Origin: the human T2T-CHM13v2.0 reference genome, Homo sapiens
Reading direction: 5' to 3' (one strand)
Assembly (NCBI RefSeq): GCF_009914755.1
Contig: NC_060927.1
DNA: 64,000 nucleotides
Shown piece after piece: positions 46,080-60,431 of the stretch (the first letter of the stretch is position 1; the number at the start of each line of letters is the position of its first letter). The notes beneath the pieces were generated by a model. It was given only the letters and a program-made list of their open reading frames with translations, searched no databases and was not told the origin of the DNA. The translations under genes and the position numbers were made by a program.

Positions 46080-46260
46080 AAATTTGGATGAGTACCTCTA
46101 GCAGTTTACATAACAGCCGCATTTAATCTTCCTAACAATCTTTTGATATGGAGGAGTTAGTGGTGATGACTGGTCCTGAGTTATGTGACTAGCAAACAGA
46201 AGACTCAGAACACTGGGCCCAGAGTCTGTACTCTTTCCATGCACTATGCTGCCTTGGTAT
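46080..46260 (-). mobile_element. MIR
   Basis: CATTTAATCTTCCTAACAA...CCCAGAGTCTGTACTCTTTCCATGCACTATGCTGCCT. Confidence 0.6.
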
Positions 46261-46272
46261 TTGTTATAGAAC

Positions 46273-46679
46273 TGATAAAGTTTCAGTGTTTGTCCCCTCC
46301 AAATCTCATGTTGAAATGTTATTCCTAATGTTGGAGATAGAGGTGGTGGGAGGTGTTTAGATTGTGGGAGTGGATCACTCACGGCTTGGTGCCGTCCTTG
46401 TGATAGTGAGTTCATTCTTTCTCTGAGTTCTCAGGAAATCTAGTTGTTTAAAAAGTGTAGCACCTCCCCCACCTTTCTCTTGTTTCTGCTTGCCATGTGA
46501 TGCACCTGTTCCCCCTTCGCCTTCCGCCATGATTGTGAGCTTCCTGAGGCCTCACCAGAAGCAGATGCTGGGATCACACTTCTTGTACACCCTGCAGAAT
46601 TGTGAGCCAATTAAACCTCTTTTCTTTGTAAATTACCCAGTTTTCAGGTTTTATAGAAACATAAAAACAACCTAACACA
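46273..46679 (+). mobile_element. MSTB-like MaLR LTR
   Basis: GTTTGTCCCCTCCAAATCTCATGTTGAAAT...CTTCCGCCATGATTGTGAGCTTCCTGAGGCC...GAGCCAATTAAACCTCTTTTC. Confidence 0.9.
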
Positions 46680-46959
46680 ATAACTCTGAAGAGTAACCAA
46701 TAGTCTCAAAGTTTGAATTAATATTCTGTTTGTTACTGAATGCTAAAGTTAAGATACTAAAGTTAAGGTCCTGTATGTAAGCGCTGAGAAGCAGAATGAA
46801 ATGACATTATTACAATGACTCCGCAGGTTAGGTAGGATGAGAAATTAATGAACGACCTCTTGCTGGTGCTCGTGACCCAAATAATATTTTAATTCAGATT
46901 TATTTTCTTGGTATTTATTATGTTTTCTATGAGAAATTAGACAAAATTTTACACAGCTA

Positions 46960-47663
46960 ACTGTCTTTTGTCTTGAAAAAGAACAAGATTATTGAATAAT
47001 ATTGTGGAATCTTATGACCACATATTATCAGGAGCTCAGGTGAGCTGGGAGAGACAGAATTGGGCTGGCAGGTGTCAGAGTAGCCAATTAAAGCCACAAG
47101 CCAAAAGGAAAGATTTAGCCTGTAATCATTTACTTTGATGAAGTGCAAAAGAGTACAAAAGGGAAGAAAATGTCAATTCCTTGCTGTTCTTTTTTTCCCT
47201 CATGGAAGGGTGCACAGTCCAGGGACAGGTAGATAAGCAGAGACACAGGGATCATCTCTCTGTTGAGGGAGCCCCCAAACAAAAGGCTCAGGCAGTTTAT
47301 GGACGGTGAGATGGAGAGGAGGGTGGATGGAGGGGAAGGGCTAGGAGTGGAAAAGTACAGGGCACTGAGCCAGACTGGGGAAAAGTGTCTTCAAGGTTTC
47401 TCCTTTGTTCTTCACTCCTATAAGGTACCTGAAGAGAAGCTCTGCCCAAGGCCTCAAAGAGGCCTAGAAAGGGAGGCACCTGGGCTGACAAGGCTAATGT
47501 GTAAAGAGCAAGACCAGCCAGGTGGGCCTGAGTCCTGGATTGCAGTTTCCTTCAGAATCTGCAATGCTCTGTCTGTGCACCAAATCTGATGCAAGGTGTG
47601 CAGTTTTCTCCCTGAGGCCTGCTCAGTAAAGCTTTTGTGATTGTTTATGATCAGGCCTAAAAC
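46960..47663. mobile_element. Probable old ERV LTR (family not assigned)
   Basis: GC-richer ~700-bp island with TG...CA-type ends in an AT-rich background. Confidence 0.35.
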
Positions 47664-50600
47664 ATCACACGTAGTTTTTTTGTGTTTTGTGTTTGTTTTT
47701 TTAGATGAAGTTAATTTTATGGAAATATCTGACAAAGGTTTTAATATAAGTATATGTCAGGTAATTAAAGAAAAGTGAAAAATGGCTTTTATTAGAAGAC
47801 AAAAGAATAAATTAGCACAAGTGAATATAAAAAATTAATGCAAGTGTTAGATGTAAAGGAGATCATTGTAGAAAACTTAAAATCCCCAAGATAGAAAATA
47901 TCTTCTCAGGAATCATTTTAAAATGATGAGATCATTTGAAAGATAGAACTGAGAAACATATAAAATGTGTCATAGGAAGAGAGAGATTTTTAAAATATGA
48001 AAGTAGAGTTAAGATATATGCTAGATAAGCTAGGAAGCTTCAACTATATATAATTGGAATTTTAGAATAATAGAAAAAAGGGAAGACAAAAATTTGCAAA
48101 TAATTCCTATAATTGATGAAAGATAATAGATTGAGTTTTAACCAGGAGCTTGAATTCTCACTTACGACTTCAAATATAAAGTTGGTCAAAACCATACCTA
48201 TCACATGGTTATCTGGTAAATGTAGTAGTATTCCTCCTCAGCCACGATAAACATTCCCAGTAAATCCTACTGCATCTTACGTAATGTAATTTACAGGATA
48301 AGTTGACTTAAATGTTTCCTTTCTTCTTGGTAAGGAGAGTTGCACTGGTCTCCGATGTTTAGAGAATTGTCATTCTAACATTCTTATTTTTTACTCTGGA
48401 CTTCTTCAAAATGTCCACCAGCTTTAGGCTAAAAGAACTTGCAAATTTGAGATGCTCTTTTACCCAGGGGGCATTATTAGCTACGTTCCAAGAGTATTCT
48501 TGGATAAGAATAAGTATCACTCTTCTTTAATGCCCTTTTCTCTTTTCAACACTAAATTCCAACTTTGGAATTATTACCAACTGAATTTAATTACATTATT
48601 AAGCAAATATACTGAAATGCCCTTCAGAAAACCACGGAGCTTTCATAATACTTCCTGCACTGAAAATTATGCTTAGGAAGACAATTAGTATGTACACAAA
48701 ACATATAGAGAGTATAGATATATTGACTATATAAATATATAGAGAAAGTTTGATTCTGCAATCTTTCATGCCACCTGGGAGAGTTTTTATTCCAGATTTC
48801 CTTCTATGACTTGTGGGCCGTTCATATTGGGCCAAATTAAAAATGTAGGTGTGACTATAAGAGGTGAAACACATACAGAGCAGGACTAGTGTGCCTTTAG
48901 AGAGATAAAAAGGCACTGGAGAAATAATATTCAGGGCCTTTGTACTGTATTCTCACATCTGTTAAGAGAGGAGAGAAATGAAACACATCGTAAGAGGGTC
49001 AGAAGATATGTAGTACAGCCACATGATGATACTATCATAAGGCAAACATGAGAAAAATCTGTTGGCTCTGATAAAGATGTTAATTTAAGATCACTCCAAA
49101 TTTTATTGTTTCTGCTTTTGTGTTTTGTTTCATCTCAGTCATTCAGATTACTTTGTTTCCAGGATTATGATAGGGTCTAAGAGACAGGATTCAATATTCC
49201 TGAGTCATAAAATCAGAAGGGTCATGAACAATTAGATAGAGAGTTAAATTCCAGCCATAGGGTAGGAGCATTGAGGGCAGTGTCTTAATACCCACATTCT
49301 CTGAATCTTCAGAAAATGAGTGTTTAGGAACCTTTAGAATTTAGAGGGAGGAGATTAACCAAATTTTCTGGCAATTGAAGGATGATACATGATAATTAAT
49401 TACATTAATAATTTAAGGTGTATGAAAGTGTCATTCATAGCATTGTATTAAACAAGCTGTCTTTATTGTTTTAGTGTAAAAATAGTGATAATACTTTTTA
49501 TGGATTTGTTCATTACACAGTCCTCAAACTCTATTTTCTCCATAAAATCTTAAATACCTCTACTGTCAGTTCTTCTATGTTGGTAATTTTTCAAGATCCT
49601 AACCCTCATATTTTGAAAAGGTCTATTATTGATCCACAAGTTGCCTATGAAATATACCTTTATACTTGTAGTTGAATCACTTTGTAATAATAAAGTTTTA
49701 AACCTGGAAAACCCAATATCAACTGAAAAAATATTATAAACAGTAAGAATTTCCGTAATAATTTTAGATACTAAATTAGTAGTTTCATAAGTAACAAAAG
49801 TCTATATAGAGACAGAAACTTTATATATATGTGTATATGTATATATAAATGTATGTGTATATATATTTATCTCTGTGTGTATATATACACACAGATAATA
49901 TATATATATATACACACAGATGGATAAAACAATTACTATAAAAGGACATTTCTTATTAATTTTATCTGTAGGTATGTTTTCTTTGCTTTTGTAGTCATAG
50001 CTTTTATTATAATTTCGGATTCACTGTTTTATTTGTGTGTGTGTGTATGTATACACACAAAAAATTTCTGTCTTTAGAGAGTTTTGTGCCTTATGAAACT
50101 ATTAATTTGGTACCTAAAGATATTACTGAAATTCTTACTGTTTGTAATATTTTATCAATTGACTTTGGGTTTTCCAGGTTTAAAATTTTATCATCTATTT
50201 TTCTCTTCCTTGTCAATTTTTACATCACTAATTTAAATCTCTTTCCTAATTGTGTAAACTAATGGCTGTAGGAAATATATATTAAAAAATGCTGATACTC
50301 ACCGTTTGACCTATTTCAGATTTTGGTGTGAATGGCTTTAGTATATCCACATTAAAAATGGAACTGCTTGTTAATATATTAAGATTTTTCTAATAACATT
50401 CATGAAGTACAGTGGTTTGCATTTTTATAACTTAACCTTTTAAGGTTTAAGAGCAATATTAAACTTGTGTCATAAAATAATTTAAAAGTTTTTCTTATTT
50501 GTGCTCTGAAACAGTTTATCAATATTTGAATTTTCTGCTTTTTAAAGGGTAAAGCTTCTGCATTTTACGGTAAACCTTTCACCTTCAGGAATTACATTTT

Positions 50601-51509
50601 GCTGCTCCTTTCTCGAATATGATGCTGCTAAAGTCTTTCATCACTCTTCCTGGCTCTCTTCTCATTTTCTTTTGTGTAACTTTTGCCTGATCTCAAGTTG
50701 TATACCTCTTATATGAATCTGAAATTTTATTAATTTCCAGAATTCTTCTGAAAATGATGTTTGTAGGTTGTTTGTTTTTCCTTCTGGTTACATTTCTATG
50801 ATTTCTGGGACTTACCTATGTTCATAGGGGATTTCTCTTGTTTTCACTTTTTTTTTGCCAATTTTCTTAAAACTATAAATCATGCTTAATTAATTCATAA
50901 TTATTCATAGTTAGTTCATAATTGCATCTTGAGAATGACATAGAGCTTGGATCTGGAAGTGGTAATTTACTAGAATAAATACTGACTACCTGTGTGCACG
51001 AAGGAGATTTTGATAAACAATGGGATTCTATAGTGGACATTGTGGTCATGTCTCCAGTATTCATTCTAGCCCTCACCCATTGTGTGGCAATTCTGGAGTT
51101 TCCACAGATTGATCTTACACTTATTTTTAGCCACAGATCTAGTTGGCTGAAACTAGTCAGGACATGGCATTATCCTAGCCATAGTGATTTTCTTTTTCTC
51201 CGGAAGAAAAGTAGATATCCTAGGTGGAAACAGTCATATTTTTATTTCTGTTTGGAAATCAGTGGTGGAAAATAAGACTTTGTGGAATTGTACTGTGAAG
51301 TTTTCATCCACTTCATGGCCACAAAGAGAAGTCAAGCTTAGGGTGCAGCTGAGAACTTGAAGATAAAGTGTAAAAGTGAAAATAAGTTCTCCGTGCTCTC
51401 ATTGAACTGTGGAAACAAAACTATGATGTTCCCTTCATTTCTGATTTTTTTTCCATCAGTCTTAGCTAACAACTCATGTTGAAGTCAGTTTATTTTTGGA
51501 GAGGGGTAT

Positions 51510-52162
51510 AAATTCAAGGAGCTGTCCACAAGACCCATAATTACTCTGATATCAATTATAAGTCTAGGAGTCCCAAGACCAACCTCATATTCCATAATTT
51601 GCTACAACTCACAGAACTCATTAAAAGCTGTAAAGCTCAGAGTTTCAGTTTATTACAGTGAAAGGATACAGATTAAAATCAGCCAAGGGAATAGATGATG
51701 AAACAGAGTCCAGGAAATTTGGAAGCATGGTCTTCTAGATTTTCTCACCCATTGCAATAATGTACAGTGCTATTTTTCCCCAACAGTGATGTGTGAGACC
51801 GCACTTGGAGTGTTGACAGGGAAATTCATCCAAGCTTTAGTGTCCAGAGATTTTATGGGGGCCCCATCACACAGACACAGTTTACTGCCATTGTGGTTGA
51901 ACTCCATCTCCAGTCCCTCCAGAGGTTCATCTATTACAGTGGCCTAAATTCCCCTACACTAAATTGTGTTATTAATTTATTTGATATGGCTAAATTCCAC
52001 CCCAAATCACATTGATACACAAGCTGGAGTAACCCAATGCACTCAGGCAAACAAAGACAGTCCTTTCAGATGTGACATTACAAGGGCTTAGATATTACTG
52101 ACCAGGACCCAAGGACAAAGGGCAGACATCTCTTTAGGTAAAGTTAAATTCTTTTTACTACA
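51510..52162 (-). mobile_element. MER21-like LTR
   Basis: ACTCACAGAACTCA...TTTATTACAGTGAAAGGATACAGATTAAAATCAGCCAAGGGAA...AAAGTTAAATTCTTTTTACTACA. Confidence 0.75.
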
Positions 52163-52282
52163 TGCTGGGCAGTGCTGTGGTTCTAGTTCTTTAAACTAAG
52201 AAGCTAGGGAAGAGACTGACAAGATGTTTTTGTCAGACTTGACTCTTATCATAGGTAGCTCCATTTAGAATAAAAACATTGA

Positions 52283-52633
<351 letters not shown>

Positions 52634-53861
52634 AGTCTGATTTTTTTAAATTACCAAAATAATTTATAGATGTATGTTTCTCACAGATTTTTAAAATGTC
52701 TACAAATGCCTATGTATTTCTTCATAGTATAGTAATGTTTTGGTACTGCATTAATTTGTTTTTATGGCATCAGCTATTGTCTCTACAACGTCAGAATATG
52801 GTTAGAATATTGGTTGGTACAATATAGACATTATATAGTTGATATTATTAAAGCTTACTAAAATAGGTGAAATTACCAAAAACTTACACAGCAGACATAA
52901 CAAACATAACTGAATACAAAGGTTTAAGTTAATCCTCTTGCAGAGTTTACCTAATATTTATTTTAAAAATAGCATTTCCTTTTTAAATAGGGAAATTATT
53001 TTATTTCTAACAATGAAAGCATGTCTAAGAAATCAAAAAATAAATCACACTGAGTATATAAACAACATGTTCTAGAGAGTAGTAGTGAATCCTTGATGTG
53101 AAGATACTGACACAAGAGTGGTAAAAGAATACAGTTACAGACTTTGGTTGCTCATTCTTGTTATTTTCTTGGAAAAATTAATTTTGGGGGCATTCATATG
53201 CAATGAATATCCAGGAATTCCAATGCTATATACTTTGACTAAGTGTGTCTACTTTGAATTCTATAATGGGTTCCTGGAGATAAGGAAGGAACCAGCATTG
53301 CTAAGGGAAAATAACATATAAGGCACCTCTATGAGATGTCCGTAGAAAAACAAAAAGTAAAATTCTGACTTTAGGGATGCTCATTTGCTATTATCTCTGA
53401 CTCCTTTGTCCTTTATCAGTATTTAATAAAAGTAATCCTCTTCAGTCTCCCTGTTCAACTATCAGATTTTTAAGAATATGGAAACAGAAATTCAGGTAAA
53501 TGAGTTATTTAATCCAATGATAGACCTTTCCCAGCAGTGTACCAGTGAAGGTTTTGGGGTCTTTCAACAATGTAATTCATAAACACAAAATTAGATTCAG
53601 TATTCAATTGTTAATGAGCAGTCTCGACTTCACTGCTGTTAGACTTTCTGTGCCTTGCATGTTTGTGTTGCCTAATTTGAGGTGCTTGAGGAGAGATCCA
53701 TATAGGTGCTTGAAAAAAAAAAAACAATCCCTGAGATAATTGGGCATTTTTTAAATAAAATGCATCCTTGCAATTTTATGTAGAGTAATCTTTTTTAATT
53801 ATACATAAACCATGGTTTCCAACAAGATTCTTTCAGGCATAGAATAGGGACTTTTCTGTTT

Positions 53862-54180
53862 TTCTACTCCTTCCATCAGAACATTCTCAAACTGTAGATG
53901 CCACATCACAATTAAGTTGCTAAAGTTTATTTTTCCAATGTCTGTTGTAGTAATGTTCATAGTGAAGTTTAAAAGGACACTTGTTGGAAAAATGTACTGC
54001 ATTCTTTGCCTAGTGAAATATTCTACTCCTTCCATCAGAATATTCTCAAACTGTAGATGCCACATCACAATTCTGTTGCTAAAGTTTATTTTTCCAACGT
54101 CTGTTGTAGTAATGTTCATAGTGAGGTTTAAAAGAACACTTGCTGGAAAAATGTACTGCATTCTTTGCCTAGTGAAATAT
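53862..54180. repeat. 159-bp two-copy tandem duplication inside a 161-aa minus-strand ORF
   Basis: Copies start at 53862 and 54021; 7 mismatches counted by eye. Confidence 0.95.
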
Positions 54181-54809
54181 GCTGAGCTTTTGTAGGCACA
54201 CTTATCACTCTCTTTATCTGTATAGGTCCATTTAGTACTATTTGTTCTTTTAGTATCAAGGCTACTATAATGAGCAGCAACCATCCTTTTCAGATAACAG
54301 TACTAAAAAATAGTAGAAATAAATTAAAAAAATATTTCCTTAAAATGGCATAATGCTTCCAAACATAGATTTCAAAGTACAGGAGATATTTTGGAGAATA
54401 TCCTCTGAGGAATAAACAACTATATGTTTCAAATTTGTAACCATTAAACTTAATAATATATAGTACTCAAAACTCTAGATGGTGATACGGTTTATCAGTA
54501 ATAATTAGCCTGGGCGTGCTTATTAGATTAAAATGGCAATACAATGTCTACTTAAAAAATTTTAGAAAAGGATGAAGCTGATAGCTCGCCATCTCACTGG
54601 GTATGCAAAATAGAAAACAAATGGCATTGTGCTGCTTTTGTTATTCCTTGATCTTGATCTTTGTAAACCTGTCTCTGAAAGAAAACTGTGGTGAAATATT
54701 TTCTAGATTGGCCATTAATTTTTATAGCAAGAGTGACAAATATTCAGATTAATTTCAACACCTTCAGAAAATTAATTTGACTTGTGTTCACAAAAAAAAT
54801 TTCTTATTC

Positions 54810-55170
54810 AAAAACGTTTATGTAATATACATTAGTGCTCATCTAGCACATACAGAGTATTCTGCTTGATGCTATGAAAGATAAAAATGAGCCAGACATA
54901 GGCCTTCCCTTGAGCTAGTTAGTAACCATGAAGAAAGATGAAGCATACATGGCAAACTATAATATAGTGAGAAATAAAGTAGTGTTATGAAAGAAATGTA
55001 AACAAATGAAACTTCAGGAGAGAAAGATTTCTTTTCCTTCCAGCTTGGGGGATCATTTGGAAGTCCTTTTAGCCAGGGCTTGAGAGAAAAGATGTAGGGA
55101 ACAACTGAGATGATTGACACTCCACATAGAGGAAATATTAAGTGATCAAAAGTCCAGAGATGCAAACACT
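54810..55170 (-). mobile_element. L2 fragment
   Basis: GATAAAAATGAGCCAGACATAGGCCTTCCCTTGAGC resembles antisense L2 3' region. Confidence 0.5.
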
Positions 55171-55337
55171 TTTTTTTCACGGCCCTTTATTGTAGGATAT
55201 ACAGATGCAAACACATAGGATGTGTTTGTGAGATGTGAAAGATTATTTCCCTCCACTCTAAGGGACATCAAGGAGAAAAATTGGAGATAAGTGAAAAGAT
55301 TCTTGGTTCAAGACACTCATTTAAGATGACGACTTAC

Positions 55338-55711
55338 TGTCTTAATTTTCTGCTGCTATGATAGAATACCACAGACCAGGTAATTTATAAAGAAAAGAAG
55401 TTTATTTGGCTCACAGTTCTGGCAGCTGGGAAGTCCAAGAACATGGCACCAATGTCTGGAAAGGCTCATCCATGGCAGAAGGCATCACATGGTGAGCAAT
55501 CACAAAAGGCAGAGAGAAAGTAGGGGCAACATTCATTCTCTTATTAGGAGCCAACTCCTTACTAACCCACTTCTGCAATAATGGCATTAATTCATTCATG
55601 AGGGTGGCACACTCATGACCTAATGACTTCTCAAAAGCCCTACCTAAGAATACTGTTACAATGGCAATTAAATTTCAGCATGAGTTTGGAGGAGGCATTC
55701 AAATCTTAGCA
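55338..55711 (-). mobile_element. MST (MSTB1/MSTC-like) MaLR LTR
   Basis: TGTCTTAATTTTCTGCTGCTATGATAGAATACCACAGAC...AAATTTCAGCATGAGTTTGG...TCAAATCTTAGCA. Confidence 0.85.
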
Positions 55712-56034
55712 CCCACTATGGAATTTTAACCTGTCTAGGAGCATTTTGGATATGTCAATCAATCTGAAGCCAACATCAAGCAAGAAAGCCTCAGAATTTA
55801 GATTTTATGGTGAAATTTAAACTGGTCTCTAGAGGTAGCGTATAACTTTGCCTGCCATCTTGAGCTCCTGCAGCTGGAATATAGGAGCAGTAGAATACTA
55901 ATAGATGTGATTCTTCTCATGCCTTAGGGGAGAATACAGAGAATCCTGTTTTCACACAATGTGTCTTTTATGTGTAGGCCTTACTACCCCTTTTCTGTTG
56001 AACAACTACTTATAATGTGCTAGTGCTGAAGCTG

Positions 56035-56040
56035 CACACA

Positions 56041-56074
<34 letters not shown>
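56035..56074. repeat. (CA)n microsatellite
   Basis: Direct reading. Confidence 0.95.
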
Positions 56075-56077
<3 letters not shown>

Positions 56078-56232
56078 CCCTACTTATGAGGGTGTATTGT
56101 TACTTTTGATTTTAGGTGTAGTAGTTGAGTTAGAGTTATGGGATAACTCTGACAAAACCCTACTTATGAGGGTGTATTGTTACTTTTGATTTTAGATGTA
56201 GAAGTTGAGTTAGAGTTATGGGATAACTCTGA
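56072..56232. repeat. 80-bp two-copy tandem duplication
   Basis: Copies start at 56072 and 56152; two mismatches. Confidence 0.97.
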
Positions 56233-56384
56233 AAGTGAAAGTAAGATTTGATGCCAAAGTTAACCTGTCCACTATTTAATCTCATAATCTCATACATTAT
56301 GATTGTCCCAAAGTTAAGTGTTCAACTGACTTATTATTAAATTTATTATTATTTATTAAAAAAGCAAATTTATATATTTACATA

Positions 56385-57436
56385 CACACACATGTAAATG
56401 TATGTATACATATATACATATATATGTGTGTGTATATATGTATATATATTTATGTATGTATACATATATATGTGTATATATGTATGTATACATATATATG
56501 TGTATATATGTATGTATACATATATATGTGTATATATGTATGTATACATATATATGTGTATATATGTATGTATACATATATATGTGTATATATGTATGTA
56601 TACATATATATGTGTATATATGTATGTATACATATATATGTGTATATATGTATGTATACATATATATGTGTATATATGTATGTATACATATATATGTGTA
56701 TATATGTATGTATACATATATATGTGTATATATGTATGTATACATATATATGTGTATATATGTATGTATACATATATATGTGTATATATGTATGTATACA
56801 TATATATGTGTATATATGTATGTATACATATATATGTGTATATATGTATGTATACATATATATGTGTATATATGTATGTATACATATATATGTGTATATA
56901 TGTATGTATACATATATATGTGTATATATGTATGTATACATATATATGTGTATATATGTATGTATACATATATATGTGTATGTATACATATATATGTGTA
57001 TGTATACATATATATGTGTATGTATACATATATATGTGTATGTATACATATATATGTGTATGTATACATATATATGTGTATGTATACATATATATGTGTA
57101 TGTATACATATATATGTGTATGTATACATATATATGTGTATGTATACATATATATGTGTATGTATACATATATATGTGTATGTATACATATATATGTGTA
57201 TATGTGTATGTATACATATATATGTGTATATGTGTATGTATACATATATATGTGTATATGTGTATGTATACATATATATGTGTATATGTGTATGTATACA
57301 TATATATGTGTATATGTGTATGTGTATTTATGTATGTATATATATGTATGTGTATTTATGTATGTATACATATGTATGTGTATTTATGTGTATATATTTA
57401 TGTATGTATACATATATGTGTATATATGTGTGTATA

Positions 57437-57488
<52 letters not shown>
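56385..57488. repeat. Alternating purine-pyrimidine VNTR (28-bp, 20-bp and variant 28-bp units) ending in (TA)23
   Basis: Marker C recurs every 28 bp from 56463 to 56967, every 20 bp to 57187, then every 28 bp to 57299. Confidence 0.97.
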
Positions 57489-57490
<2 letters not shown>

Positions 57491-59978
57491 CTCCAAGCAA
57501 ATTCCTATGTACATAGAGTGCAGGAAGATTGATTTTGATTTTGATGACTGGTGCCTGGAAAGAGTAAGACTGTTATATCATTAAAGAGTTCAATACAGCC
57601 CACCTTTTTGATATTATACATTAAGAATAGACAAATTTAATAAATAAGTAGAATTTAGAAGAATTCGTGTCATGTGCCACAAGTTACAGTTATTTAAGTT
57701 AAAGACATTATAACCATTTAGCCACATTAATACAATTACCTCCAGCTTTATAATCTTTGTAAGCATAGAGAATTCAGTGAAATAATATTTGATCTCAAAG
57801 ACCATAAAGCACTCAGATCCCATTTATTTGAACATTATTTCAAATACATACTATCCTACAGCATGATAGAAATCCAAATGCTAAGAAGAGTGCTAAGCAC
57901 ACATAAAACTATCTAGCACTAATTCAGTAATATACAACAACACAGTAAGCTCAAACTTTGAATAGTTAGACTCTAAAGTGTCTGGTTCTGTAAACCAATA
58001 CTGTCCTACAGATGCACTCCAAAGTTTGGCCCAAAGTACTTTTCCTTTACATATTTAATTTTTAAAAATAATATATTTCTAACTATGTGATTAAAAGTAG
58101 GTTATATAAAGGAAGGAATTCTGTGGCAGTGTCCAAGCTTCAGCTGAGCAAATTTTTGCTGGCAATACCTTATTTGAATCCATTAGCTTATAAGCTCAGG
58201 AAAAATAGAAGATCCACAAAAATAATGTTGAGAACCATAAATCTTAATACAAAGCACTACATATATATAATTATTATAATTAATTGAGTCTTTTGTTTGT
58301 TTTCCTATTATCCATATAGATGACAGGCAACAAGAGATTAAGAATAAAGAACTATGCTGTTTTCTTGAGTAGTCCTCTGTCTTAAGTTTGCTAACATACA
58401 TGAAACATGCACTAGATCTTAACTTGATGTTTCTCAAGGAGGAATATAGGACATTAACTCTGCATTCAAGAAAATGTCTGGAGCCTCCCATTGATATTCC
58501 AGGAGGTGCTTCTACCACACTAGCCCTCTACCCCTCAGTTACTTGAGAGGTGAGAAATTCACTTCTCTGATTATTTTCTCAACTTAGGTCTATCACAGAT
58601 AAGATATATTGAACAAGTATTAATTAAACACCCACTGTTTACCTTTTATGAAACTAGAAAAATTAAGTACAGAATTAGAACACACATACAAATCAGTATA
58701 TTTATTGAGTGCCACTGAGTGACAATTAGAAAGATATTTTTATATGCTATAGTGCTTATCATAGGATTCTTTCTCAGCATAGTCATTATTGTAATAGGTC
58801 CTCTTAAATAATTGATAAATGCCAAATCCTTTAATACTAAGTTTCAAGACATTTTAAACAATATTATACTTGTAATGTCAGAGGACAGGAGATTCAAAGA
58901 TGTGGCAGAAAGTCCAAGGGCATTTTCTGTAGTCCAGTTAGAATACCAGAGATGGTAAACTTTTATGACTTCCAAGCTGTATTTTTAGGGTTTTGCTTTT
59001 AAAGGTAAAACTTGTCATATTAATTTTCTGCATCCAGAAGTATTTACTTCCCTTATATTTGCAATCAACTGTGTACTACAGTGCTCTTTTGAGAGCAGAC
59101 GTTAAAGTATCTGTAAAGGCCTTGTTTGATTGTAAATATTATACATTGGATTGTGTTTATGCAAACTTATCTTAGCTGTGTGTAAAAGTAAGACTGGCTT
59201 TTGAACAATGCTAAGTGCTATGTTTTCCCCCAGCTTCAGTTGAGGCCGTTGATTGGAATAAATTGAGGATCAATATTGTCATGAGGCTGATAGGATATGA
59301 GTTTTTCAAAAGCTTAGGAAACTTTTTTGTCCATGAATAAGATATAAGATGATAAAACCTTATATATTCAGAGAAAAAAGGCTACTGCAGCAAATTTAAT
59401 TAAAAGACAGAGGTGTTCTGTTAGGAAGAGAGTTACCAAAGCTGTTCTGACAAAGGTAACTGCCTTTTCTGAAATGGAAGAATCTGATGATACGTATTGA
59501 AGATCTTGTTGCTCTTTGCAATGAATATGTGATTTGCAATATATATGACATTTTTTTAAAGCAAGAGCTTTTACTACCTGAAGTTGCTTACAGGAGGCTG
59601 TATGAAAATGTGAAAAGAAAGTATGGGATCATTGGTTTTTAGAGCAACTTAAAAAGTCTCTCAAATCTCCTGACTTCTTAATTGAGGAAATTAATTGCAA
59701 ATGATGTAAAGTCTGTTTTTCATCATCCTTTCTAAACTTACCCTGGTTTGTATTTTTATATTAAGTTAAATTATAACTGATCAATATTCTTTTATTTTTC
59801 ACATGTAATGTATACTTATCATGGAAAAAAATCCCATCAGTCTAAAGTAGTAATATTTCACTTGGCAAGGGAAAGGCAAAAGGGAGCATTAGAGAGGAAC
59901 CATCAAGAAAATTTTAGGATGCTCTAGGCTGGGGAATATTGGTAATGAAATGGTACTATGGAGATAAATGAAATGGTA

Positions 59979-60431
59979 CTGTGGAGATAAATGAAGACCA
60001 CCCAAATGACAACAACCTAGGTCTACTTATTCAGAGCTTGCTAGAGCAAGGGAGACACTCCCCATCACTTGCATTTGGCAGAAAATCAAAGGCAGGCAGA
60101 AACGTGCATTAGGTTTACAGTGCAGAAGGAGAAGATTTCAGGTCTGCGCTCATTGGAGGCTGTAGGGTTGGGGAAGCTGGAGGTGGGCTAACAAGAAGTG
60201 AGGCACCCTATGTAGGTTAGGGGAGCATATTTGGCTTTTCCTGGTTGGTCTTGTGTAGAAAGTGGGGGTGAAAATTAAAGAAGCTATCAGTTATTGATCA
60301 AGTCTGGCTGTTTTCAGTTGATTGCTTAAAGCTTTGGTTTGGCTTTTTTAACTGATCATTGCAGATTGTAAATTAGATTTCTACTTTTATATGGGATCTG
60401 GCCATCGTCAATTTGTATATTCAGTGTCTCA
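59979..60431 (-). mobile_element. ERV1-class LTR, MER89-like
   Basis: Minus strand starts TGAGACACTGAATATACAAATTGACGATGGCCAGA; internal CAGAGCTTGCTAGAGCAAGGGAG. Confidence 0.6.

Noticed and set aside
47263-47735. Overlapping 108-aa and 93-aa ORFs in a GC-richer island
   Set aside because: No recognisable protein, non-ATG starts, probably LTR-derived
56356-57584. Six long ORFs of 283-386 aa rich in Y, I, H, T, C, V, M
   Set aside because: Alternating purine-pyrimidine repeats cannot contain TAA, TAG or TGA, so all frames are open by construction
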